Positions 1 to 8,187 of a DNA stretch of 64,000 bases are shown here, one piece after another; the first letter of the stretch is position 1; every line of letters begins with the position of its first letter. The notes under the pieces were generated by a model, which did no database searches, was not told the DNA's origin, and saw nothing but the letters and a program-made list of their open reading frames with translations. The stretch comes from Alphaproteobacteria bacterium. GTDB lineage: Bacteria; Pseudomonadota; Alphaproteobacteria; RF32; CAG-239. Made by a program: the position numbers and the translations under genes. The stretch lies in contig JAGAJR010000010.1 in NCBI GenBank assembly GCA_017626035.1, forward strand, positions 581 through 64,580, in the 5' to 3' direction.

Positions 1-5
1 AAAAG

Positions 6-1595
6 TTGAAAAAACTTTTTCGGGATGCTCGTTCGTTGGTTGAGTATTCCAATGTTTCCGCTCCATATCCTCATAAGAGGGAGAGTGTTCTTTCCTTGCT
101 GGTGCAAGCCGGAAGTGCCGATTTTTTTGCTGAGGTGTGGAATCATTATTTTTGGCGGGAAAATGTTGAAACGGCGGAATTGCAAGAGGCGTTTTTAAAG
201 GGGACGACGGCTTCGGGGCAGAAACTCAATTATCACTATTTCAAAGAGGTGATGCCGCCGGATATTTTGTTGGAAGCCGAACTTTTTTGCGAGAGTAATC
301 CGCAAAAAATAAAGTTACTGAAACAACGTTTAAAATCAAAAGATTTTCCGCCGGATAATCGAACGGAAGAGGAATTGGCCCGTTGGGAAATTTATGAACA
401 GATTAAGTCTCACTCTCTGCGTATTTATAATGGTTTGGCTCCTACTTCCCGCAGGATTAAAACGGACGGAGAAAAGTTGATTGAGGAAGTTTCCGGTTCG
501 AATTTTGTTTGGAACAAGTGTCATTATCCTTTTTCGGAAATCTTGTTCAAAAAAGGAGAAGATAAGGAAGGGAATGTTTCCTGGGGCAAGGCGGACGGGT
601 TAAAAACAAACGGGGACGAACGTTTGCTGCCGCAGGTTTTTCGTAAGCTTGATTTTCCGGAACATTTTTTCTGGGCGAGAACATCTCTTTTGCGTTTGGA
701 AGAAATGTTGAAGGCTAACAGTGAAATTGAGTATGCGGATGAACTGCTTCGCTTTTTTGAGATCAAAAATGGCATTGTGCTGATTGAAAAAGGGTGTTCC
801 CATAAAGAAAGCAATTCCAAAGAAGGTGTTGTCTGTACGGCTTATTGCGGAAAAACTAATGACAATCGTCCGGTTTTGGGATTGGTCTCGGAAAGTATGA
901 AATATGAAGATGAAATCAGTTCCCGTAAGATTTTGCCGCATGAGTTGACGCATGCAGTGGAGCATGTTTCCGATGATTTGGTTTCAACGGACTTTTTTTC
1001 GAAGACGGATATTATGAAACTTTCTTTTATGGCATTATATCTGCGTGAAAGGGGAAAATCAGGCAAAGGAGACATCGGAAGGGTTATTGACGAGGCTACA
1101 AAAACTTATAAATCAGGCTATTATGTGTCTGAAACTCTGGCAAGAATTATGGAGCCGAGAGATTTTGGCAAAGATGTTCTGGTTAAAAATCTCAGAAAGC
1201 TTTTTATCCGTTATCAACGAGCCAGACTTAATCATAACCGGGGTACCGTAAAGTATATTGAAACCATGGCGGAAAGAAAGCTTCCCGATTATAAAGAAAT
1301 GATGAAACTTTATAAACAATTTGAGCGTTTTTTGGCCGTTGATTTAAAATTCAACGAACAGGAATTTAATCGATTTTTCCGCAAAACCAAGATTGAAGTG
1401 CCTGAAAAAGAGTATCACAAGGAATTTGATTCATTCTATCGTTCGTATTTGTCTGTTTTGGGGCGGAGAAAAGACGTCAAATTGTTGGAAAAAGTTACCT
1501 CAAAAGCTTTAAAAGATTTGGATGCTTTGGAAGGAACGACGCAAAAGTCCAAGTATTCGGTATTTTGGCGTAATTTGTTTTGCCGTTCCAAATAA
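6..1595 (+). CDS. Hypothetical protein with HExxH zinc-metallopeptidase-like motif (possibly 5'-truncated by the window edge)
   Basis: 529-aa ORF whose frame is open to the window start; ILPHELTHAVEH motif and a downstream SETLAR (possible third Zn ligand). Confidence 0.55.
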   Translation: MKKLFRDARSLVEYSNVSAPYPHKRESVLSLLVQAGSADFFAEVWNHYFWRENVETAELQEAFLKGTTASGQKLNYHYFKEVMPPDILLEAELFCESNPQKIKLLKQRLKSKDFPPDNRTEEELARWEIYEQIKSHSLRIYNGLAPTSRRIKTDGEKLIEEVSGSNFVWNKCHYPFSEILFKKGEDKEGNVSWGKADGLKTNGDERLLPQVFRKLDFPEHFFWARTSLLRLEEMLKANSEIEYADELLRFFEIKNGIVLIEKGCSHKESNSKEGVVCTAYCGKTNDNRPVLGLVSESMKYEDEISSRKILPHELTHAVEHVSDDLVSTDFFSKTDIMKLSFMALYLRERGKSGKGDIGRVIDEATKTYKSGYYVSETLARIMEPRDFGKDVLVKNLRKLFIRYQRARLNHNRGTVKYIETMAERKLPDYKEMMKLYKQFERFLAVDLKFNEQEFNRFFRKTKIEVPEKEYHKEFDSFYRSYLSVLGRRKDVKLLEKVTSKALKDLDALEGTTQKSKYSVFWRNLFCRSK

Positions 1596-1660
1596 TCCTG
1601 TTGTGTCGTGGCTTTTTCTATTGTATAAATTTTCCAAATTAACTTTTTTAGGATAAGAAA

Positions 1661-2623
1661 ATGCTTTCATCTTCTTTATTGGTTCTTTTGGGTTTTGTTT
1701 TGTTGATGACCGGTGCCGAGTATGCGGTCAGGGGGGCAGTGGCTATCGCCAATAAGCTGAAAATTCCGGCGTTGATTGTCGGATTGACGATTGTGGCTTT
1801 CGGGACTTCCGCTCCGGAGTTTGTTGTCAGTATGCGGGCGGCTTTGAAAGATGCGGAAGGAATTACTGTCGGTAATATTGTCGGTTCTAATATTGCCAAT
1901 ATTTTGCTTATTTTAGGAGCTGCGGCGGTGATTTATCCGGTTTCGTGCGTCAGGCATGTCTTTTTGAGGGATTATGCTTTTTTGTTTCTGGTTACGGCGA
2001 TTTTTACGCTTTTTGCTATGGAAGGAACGTTGGTGCGGTGGCAGGGAATTTTAATGTTGTCACTGCTTTTGCTGTTTGTTGTCTATAATTATTTTACATC
2101 AAAAGCCAATGCCGGAAGTGAGGATGAAAATGTCAGCCCGTTAGCTGAAAGAAGCTGGGTATTGGTTATTTTTGTTTCGATATCCGGATTGGCAGCAATT
2201 GTCTGGGGCGCGGATTTATTGGTGGACGGTGCGGTTTCTTTAGCCCGTTTGCTCGGTGTTTCCGAAGAGGTTATCGGGTTGACGATTATCGCCTTCGGAA
2301 CGTCTCTGCCGGAATTGGCAACTTCCTGTATGGCGGCGTTTCGGCATCAGACGGATGTTGCTTTGGGAAATGTTATCGGTTCCAATATTTGGAATATCGT
2401 GTTTATTATGGGGGCAGTGTGCACGGTTACGGATGTTGAAGTTCCGGCACAGTTTTTGTTCTATGATATTTGGATTATGGTTTTTGCAACCGTTCTTTTG
2501 CTGCCGTTTATGTATAGCGATAACAAATTAAGCCGGATTGAGGGGTTTGTTTTTGTGCTTTTATACCTATGTTATATAGTCTCATTGGGATTGTTTTCTA
2601 AAGGAATGATTTCTCTTGGTTAA
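1661..2623 (+). CDS. yrbG: Calcium/sodium antiporter (YrbG/CaCA family)
   Basis: Two alpha repeats GTSAPE / GTSLPE with GNIVGSNIAN / GNVIGSNIWN; about 10 TM helices. Confidence 0.93.
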   Translation: MLSSSLLVLLGFVLLMTGAEYAVRGAVAIANKLKIPALIVGLTIVAFGTSAPEFVVSMRAALKDAEGITVGNIVGSNIANILLILGAAAVIYPVSCVRHVFLRDYAFLFLVTAIFTLFAMEGTLVRWQGILMLSLLLLFVVYNYFTSKANAGSEDENVSPLAERSWVLVIFVSISGLAAIVWGADLLVDGAVSLARLLGVSEEVIGLTIIAFGTSLPELATSCMAAFRHQTDVALGNVIGSNIWNIVFIMGAVCTVTDVEVPAQFLFYDIWIMVFATVLLLPFMYSDNKLSRIEGFVFVLLYLCYIVSLGLFSKGMISLG

Positions 2624-4421
2624 TATCAGGCAAGGTTTGGACATCTTATTGATGAACATAAAAATTGCTCCGGAAAAACCCGGGGTATATCGGATGTTGG
2701 GCGAAGACGACAAAGTTTTGTATGTGGGAAAAGCCAAAAACATCAAAAAACGGATTGTTGCTTATTCACACCTGAATAAACTTCCGCTGCGGCTGCAAAG
2801 AATGGTTTCTGAAATCCGCAGAATGGAGTTTATTATCGTTGAAAACGAAGCCAAAGCCCTGTTGCTTGAAAATGAACTGATTAAAGAACTTGAGCCGAAA
2901 TACAATATTCTTTTGAAAGACGATAAAACTTTTCCTCATCTGGTTATTGATACGGAGGCGGAATATCCGTCTTTGCGAAAATATCGGGGAAAAAGGAATG
3001 ACAAAAGCAAATATTTTGGTCCGTTTGCAAGTGTAAGTGCCGTTAATAATGTGTTGGACGTGGTGCAGAAAGCTTTTTTGCTGCGGTCATGCCGGGACGG
3101 CGTTTTCAACAATCGGCAGCGTCCGTGTCTGATGTATCAGATTAAACGTTGTTCGGCTCCCTGTGTCGGAAAAATTTCTCAGGAAGATTATCGGCGGTTG
3201 GTGCGGGAGGCAATAGAATTTCTGGAAGGGAAAAACACCAGTATTCAGGAAGAATTATCCCGCCGGATGTATGAAGCCAGTGAAAATACCGACTATGAGC
3301 AAGCAATGGTTTATCGGGACAGAATCCGGGCGTTGACCAGTGTGCAAAACAGCAACTCCGTGGAATATGCCGACATTAAATCCTGTGATATTGTCGCATT
3401 GGCCCGAAAAAAAGATTTGGTTTGTATTCAGGTGTTTTTTATCCGTTCCGGGCAAAACTGCGGCAATGTTCCTTATTTTCCGAAACAAACGGCGGATGCC
3501 GAAGATAAAGAAATTCTCGAAGCGTTTCTGAGCAGTTTTTATACTTCAAACGTACCGCCGAAGGAAATCGTCATTTCCGAACCGGTCGACAATAAAGAAT
3601 TTTTGGAAGAGGCGTTAAAAACCCGTATCAATACTTATCAAAAGGGCAACAAAGCCAAACTGGTGCAGAATGTGTTGGAAAACGCCAAAGCGTCAATTGA
3701 CCGGAAAATCGCCCAAGAGGCTTCCGTTAAAAGCAATTTGGAGGATTTTGCCCGAATCTTTAATCTGCCGAAACTGCCGGAGAGAATCGAAATTTATGAT
3801 AACTCCCATATTCAGGGAAGTTATGCCGTGGGAGCCATGGTGGTGGCAACGCCGGATGGGTTTGACAAGAAATCATATCGGAAATTTGATATTAAAAATC
3901 CTGATATTACCAATGATGACTTTGCGATGATGAAAGAAGTTCTGACCCGGCGATTTAACCGTATGAGCGAGGAAAACCGTCCTGATGTCATTTTGCTTGA
4001 CGGCGGTCTCGGGCAGCTGCACTCCGTTCATGAGGCTTTGAAAGATTTCGACTTGTCGGGGATTGCCATTATCGCGATTTCCAAAGGTCCGGACAGAAAT
4101 GCGGGCAAGGAGTTTTATCATATGTCAGGCAGGGAAAGTTTCGCTCTTGAATTTCAATCTCCGATAGCTTTTTATTTGCAGAATCTGCGGGATGAGGCAC
4201 ACCGTTTTGCTATCGGCACCCATCGGCAGAAACGGGCGAAATCCGTTTATAAATCCCGCTTGGATGACATTGACGGAATCGGGGCAAAAAGAAAACGTGA
4301 TTTGCTTAATTATTTCGGTTCCGTGGAGGAAATTTCGCAGGCATCTCTCAAAGATATTGAAAAAGTCAGCGGAATTAATAAAAAAACGGCGGAAAAGATA
4401 TATAACTACTTCCACAAATAA
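2616..4421 (+). CDS. uvrC: Excinuclease ABC subunit C
   Basis: GIY-YIG N-terminus (PGVYRM...LYVGKAKN), Cys cluster, RIEIYDNSH, DGGLGQL, RDEAHRFA, C-terminal HhH. Confidence 0.98.
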   Translation: MVNIRQGLDILLMNIKIAPEKPGVYRMLGEDDKVLYVGKAKNIKKRIVAYSHLNKLPLRLQRMVSEIRRMEFIIVENEAKALLLENELIKELEPKYNILLKDDKTFPHLVIDTEAEYPSLRKYRGKRNDKSKYFGPFASVSAVNNVLDVVQKAFLLRSCRDGVFNNRQRPCLMYQIKRCSAPCVGKISQEDYRRLVREAIEFLEGKNTSIQEELSRRMYEASENTDYEQAMVYRDRIRALTSVQNSNSVEYADIKSCDIVALARKKDLVCIQVFFIRSGQNCGNVPYFPKQTADAEDKEILEAFLSSFYTSNVPPKEIVISEPVDNKEFLEEALKTRINTYQKGNKAKLVQNVLENAKASIDRKIAQEASVKSNLEDFARIFNLPKLPERIEIYDNSHIQGSYAVGAMVVATPDGFDKKSYRKFDIKNPDITNDDFAMMKEVLTRRFNRMSEENRPDVILLDGGLGQLHSVHEALKDFDLSGIAIIAISKGPDRNAGKEFYHMSGRESFALEFQSPIAFYLQNLRDEAHRFAIGTHRQKRAKSVYKSRLDDIDGIGAKRKRDLLNYFGSVEEISQASLKDIEKVSGINKKTAEKIYNYFHK

Positions 4422-4479
4422 AAAAACTATCTTAAGATGTGGACAATTAATATTAATTAATGCGTAAAGGAATTATACC

Positions 4480-5184
4480 GTGTATAGCTTACCTAACCTT
4501 TTAACAATCTCAAGAATTGTTGTTATTCCCGTCATTTTCCTCTCAATGTATATTCATTCCGCCTTTTGGGCTATGCTGGCGGCGGTTTTGTTTATCGTGG
4601 CGGCCATTACGGATTACTTTGACGGATATTTTGCCAGAGCCAGAAACGAAACATCCGCTTTCGGGCGTCTGTTGGATCCGATTGCCGACAAGCTGTTGGT
4701 GTCTTCGGCTTTGGTAGTCATTTTGGTAAACAATATGGTTTCTCCAATCAGCTATATTCCGGTTGTGGTTATTTTGTGCCGTGAAATTTTGGTTTCCGGT
4801 TTGAGAGAGTTTTTGGCTGAGGTTCGTGTCGGTATGCCTGTTACCCGTTTGGCTAAATGGAAGACCGCTTTTCAGATGACGGCTTTGTCCATGATTTTGG
4901 TCGGATATTGTTTCCATACTTTAGGCGTTATTCTGCTTTGGGTTGCCGGTGTGTTGACCTTTATTACCGGATATCAGTATTTTCAGAAAAGCCTTGACTA
5001 TATCAGGGGCACCGAAAAATCTGCAAAGAAAGCCGTGTCCGCACAGAAAAAGGCCGAGACAAAAGTTTCGGAGAAGAAAACAGTAGAGAAAAAAGCTTCT
5101 GCCCAAAAAGTTGCTGTCCGGAAAAAAACTGCGGCAAAAACTAAAAAAGCAGCTAAAAAGACTGTTAAAAATCTGGCTAAATAA
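4480..5184 (+). CDS. pgsA: CDP-diacylglycerol--glycerol-3-phosphate 3-phosphatidyltransferase with Lys/Ala-rich C-terminal tail
   Basis: PNLLTISR, TDYFDGYFAR, GRLLDPIADK motifs; conserved uvrC-pgsA order. Confidence 0.95.
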   Translation: MYSLPNLLTISRIVVIPVIFLSMYIHSAFWAMLAAVLFIVAAITDYFDGYFARARNETSAFGRLLDPIADKLLVSSALVVILVNNMVSPISYIPVVVILCREILVSGLREFLAEVRVGMPVTRLAKWKTAFQMTALSMILVGYCFHTLGVILLWVAGVLTFITGYQYFQKSLDYIRGTEKSAKKAVSAQKKAETKVSEKKTVEKKASAQKVAVRKKTAAKTKKAAKKTVKNLAK

Positions 5185-5201
5185 ATTAAGGCCTGTTTGG
5201 T

Positions 5202-5900
5202 ATGAACAGCGATAAGTTTCATATTCTGGTTGTGGATGATGATACCCGTCTGCGTTCTTTGTTGCAAAGATTTTTGAGAGAAAGCGGCTTTTATGTTTCT
5301 TCGGCTAAAAATGCCGCCGATGCCAGAATGATGTTGGGAAATTATCGTTTCGACTTGTTGATTTTAGATATTATGATGCCGGAAGAGAGCGGTTTGGAAT
5401 TTTTGCAAAAGTTTCGGGCTGAAAGCAATCTTCCGGTTATTCTTTTGACGGCGATGGGCGAAACGGCAGACCGTATTGCCGGGTTGGAAATCGGGGCGGA
5501 TGATTATCTGCCGAAGCCGTTTGAGCCAAAAGAACTGGTTCTTCGCATTAAGAATATTTTTAAACGGACGCCGGTTGATAAAAACGGTGAGCCGGAGCAG
5601 TTCGATTTGGGGTTGTGCTTGTATGATGTTGTTAAAAAGGAACTGACAACCAAACAAGGCGGAATCATTCACATTACCCCGGTGGAACAGTCGTTGCTAG
5701 GGGTGTTGTGCCAAAAGGCCGGACAGGTGTTTTCCCGCGAGAAACTGGCGGAGATTCTCGGAGCGGGACAGAGTCCCCGTTCAATAGACGTGCAAATTAC
5801 CAGACTGCGTAAAAAAATTGAGAAAGATTCAAAAAATCCGCGTTATCTGCAAACAATACGCGGTAAAGGGTATATGCTGCTTCCGGAAAACCGGCTGTAG
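5202..5900 (+). CDS. ompR: OmpR-family response regulator
   Basis: REC domain (ILVVDDD, DIMMP, GADDYLPKPF) plus winged helix (RSIDVQITRLRKKIE...TIRGKGY). Confidence 0.88.
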   Translation: MNSDKFHILVVDDDTRLRSLLQRFLRESGFYVSSAKNAADARMMLGNYRFDLLILDIMMPEESGLEFLQKFRAESNLPVILLTAMGETADRIAGLEIGADDYLPKPFEPKELVLRIKNIFKRTPVDKNGEPEQFDLGLCLYDVVKKELTTKQGGIIHITPVEQSLLGVLCQKAGQVFSREKLAEILGAGQSPRSIDVQITRLRKKIEKDSKNPRYLQTIRGKGYMLLPENRL

Positions 5901-5926
5901 TGAAAATAACTAGTAAGGAGAAAGCC

Positions 5927-7285
5927 ATGCGTTTAAAGTTTCCCGAAAAAATAGATAATACGTTGAGGTATTTAAAGCTTAAGCTGTTGCCGAAAACATT
6001 GTTTTTCAGAACAATGCTTTTGATTTTTATTCCTCTGATTGTGGTTCAGGTTGTTTCGATTGTTGCTTTTTTTGACGGAAGCTGGGGGCGTGTCGGACGC
6101 AGATTGTCAACGAATTTGACCTCCGAAATGGCTTTTGTTATGCAGTTGGCCGAGAAAAATCCGGCAGATATTGAATATGTCAAATCATTGGCATCTAAGA
6201 TTTTTGATTTGGATGTGGATTATTACGGCAATGATGAAAAACATACGGTTATGAACAAAGTTAACCGCACCAATAAAATGGTTACCGGTTTTTTGGAAGA
6301 CTCTTTGCGTCGTGAATTTCCGAATGCCGTCAGCAGTATTTATCTTGGCAAAGGCGAGAAAAATATGATGGTGTTTGTTGATACTCAGGATGGTTTGTTT
6401 AAGTTTACGACAACATCCAAGAATATTTTCAGCACTTCTATTTTCGGATTTGTAGCTTGGATGATTGGAACTTCTCTGCTGTTGTTTGTGGTGGCGGCAT
6501 TGTTCTTGAGAATTCAGGTTCGTTCCATTGCCGAATTGGCCAAAGTTGCCGAGGATTTTGGTAAAGGTATTGATAATAAGGATTTCAAACCGTATGGTTC
6601 TGTCGAAGTTCGCCGGGCCGGTATCGCTTTTACCAAGATGAAGGAGAGAATCCAACGCCAGATTACGGAACGTACCCAGATGTTGGCCGGGGTCTCTCAT
6701 GATTTGCGGACACCTTTGACGAGAATGAAACTGCAAACGGCTATGCTTCCGGACAGTCAGGATAAAGAAGACTTTTTGCAGGATATTTCCGAAATGGAAA
6801 AGATGCTTGACGGTTATTTGTCTTTTGTCAGCGGCGAGGGCGGTGAGAAGTCCAGCTTTGTTGATATGAACGAAATGATTTTGAGCATTATTAATAAGTT
6901 CAGAAACAAAAAAGCTCTTATTCGTTATACCACCAATGATCAGGTCAGTGCCATTCAGGGCAGGGAACAGGCCTTGAAGCGTGCGGTTACCAATGTTATT
7001 TCCAATGCTTTTCGTTACGGTAAGACAATAGCCGTGGATTTGGAAAGCAATAATAATAAGCTGGAGATTACCATTGACGATGACGGTCCGGGTATTCCTG
7101 AAGATAAAAGGGAAGATGTGTTTAAGGCATTTTACCGCATTGAGGGTTCTCGCAATAAAGAGACCGGCGGTGTCGGTTTGGGATTGTCTATCGCTAAAGA
7201 TGTGATTACATCGCATGGCGGTAAGATTGAGTTAACAGATAGTCCGTTGGGAGGCTTGAGGGTACTCATTTCTATTCCCTTATAG
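5927..7285 (+). CDS. envZ: EnvZ-like sensor histidine kinase
   Basis: Two TM helices, HAMP, H-box VSHDLRTPLTR, N/G boxes (DDGPGI, GGVGLGL); start placed at the ATG after AAGGAG. Confidence 0.85.
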   Translation: MRLKFPEKIDNTLRYLKLKLLPKTLFFRTMLLIFIPLIVVQVVSIVAFFDGSWGRVGRRLSTNLTSEMAFVMQLAEKNPADIEYVKSLASKIFDLDVDYYGNDEKHTVMNKVNRTNKMVTGFLEDSLRREFPNAVSSIYLGKGEKNMMVFVDTQDGLFKFTTTSKNIFSTSIFGFVAWMIGTSLLLFVVAALFLRIQVRSIAELAKVAEDFGKGIDNKDFKPYGSVEVRRAGIAFTKMKERIQRQITERTQMLAGVSHDLRTPLTRMKLQTAMLPDSQDKEDFLQDISEMEKMLDGYLSFVSGEGGEKSSFVDMNEMILSIINKFRNKKALIRYTTNDQVSAIQGREQALKRAVTNVISNAFRYGKTIAVDLESNNNKLEITIDDDGPGIPEDKREDVFKAFYRIEGSRNKETGGVGLGLSIAKDVITSHGGKIELTDSPLGGLRVLISIPL

Positions 7286-7333
7286 TACTGTTATAAGAAA
7301 ATATTTGTTTAATATGCTATACAAATAGTTTTC

Positions 7334-7364
7334 AGGCCTGCTTGTAAAAAAAGCAGGCCTTTTT
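7334..7364 (+). terminator. Rho-independent terminator
   Basis: AGGCCTGCTT-N7-AAGCAGGCCT followed by TTTT. Confidence 0.75.
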
Positions 7365-7388
7365 GTATAATGTTTTTTGTCTAAATGA

Positions 7389-7417
7389 TTGACAGGGGCG
7401 GGGAAGTGTAATACTTT
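7389..7417 (+). promoter_or_regulatory. Putative sigma70 promoter for 7495 gene
   Basis: TTGACA-17 bp-TACTTT. Confidence 0.4.
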
Positions 7418-7494
7418 AAGGAATGTTTTGAGATTATTGTAGGGATGTATTTTTAGTTACCATATTTATTTATCTTAATCCAAACTTTGAAATT

Positions 7495-8073
7495 ATGAGA
7501 AAAAGTGAAAATCTTGAACAGGTTCTTCCTGGAATGTATGTTTATGCGGACGGGCTGGTTTCTTCCGAAATTATTCCTAATCGCCAGATTAAAGCTGTTG
7601 TCGGATATGTTGCTGAAGGAAAGGTTTATGCCGTTTGTTTGAAAGAGACTGAACTTCCATGGTCAAGTGATCGTTTGTTGGTTCCGGAAACAAAAACAAT
7701 GATAAGCGGCAAGGAAGCAACAAAAAAAATATTGGAAACGGCTTGGGCTCAAGGAAAAAAAGCAGAAGCGGCTCAATGGTGTCATGATTACGCACAAGAC
7801 GGTGTTAAATCAGGGGAAGCCTTTTTAGCATCTTTGTATGAGTGGGAAATTTTATTAGCCAATAAAGATGCGATTAATGCCTCATTGAAACGTTTGGGGG
7901 GGGCGACTTTATTTCAATCATATTGGTTGTCTAACGAGTACAATAGTCATAATTCTCGGAGGTTGACCTTGATTCATGATTGTTACTATATCTACGGTAA
8001 GAGTTCTTGTTACTACATCTATGGTAAGAGTTATGATAACTATGTCCGTCCGGTTATTTCTTTTGAGCTTTGA
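7495..8073 (+). CDS. DUF1566/C-type-lectin-fold-like protein without signal peptide
   Basis: AAQWC...FLASLYEW...IN.SL...YWLSNEY...YVRPVISF pattern resembles CLec-fold (Lcl C-terminal/DUF1566) domains; aligns with the ORF at 63378. Confidence 0.6.
   Translation: MRKSENLEQVLPGMYVYADGLVSSEIIPNRQIKAVVGYVAEGKVYAVCLKETELPWSSDRLLVPETKTMISGKEATKKILETAWAQGKKAEAAQWCHDYAQDGVKSGEAFLASLYEWEILLANKDAINASLKRLGGATLFQSYWLSNEYNSHNSRRLTLIHDCYYIYGKSSCYYIYGKSYDNYVRPVISFEL
7981..8034 (+). repeat. 27-bp in-frame tandem duplication (CYYIYGKSS / CYYIYGKSY)
   Basis: TGTTACTATATCTACGGTAAGAGTTCT followed by TGTTACTACATCTATGGTAAGAGTTAT (3 mismatches). Confidence 0.9.
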
Positions 8074-8083
8074 AATTGGTATT

Positions 8084-8119
8084 AAGCCTTCGTGATGTTT
8101 AATCACGGAGGCTTTTTTT
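8084..8119 (+). terminator. Rho-independent terminator
   Basis: AAGCCTTCGTGAT-loop-ATCACGGAGGCTT followed by a T-run. Confidence 0.75.
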
Positions 8120-8187
8120 GTTAAAAACATTTTAAGATATATATATTAGAATCATAATAATTATTAAAATTTTAGGCAGGTGCAAAA

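Noticed and set aside
6185-7216. Long antisense ORFs (343 aa here; also 55211-55924, 57924-58604, 32687-33355)
   Set aside because: They overlap well-supported genes on the opposite strand and have no protein-family motifs
7981-8034. 27-bp duplication as a DGR template/variable repeat pair
   Set aside because: The copies are adjacent and in frame, and two of the three differences are C/T rather than adenine-specific; this is a tandem duplication
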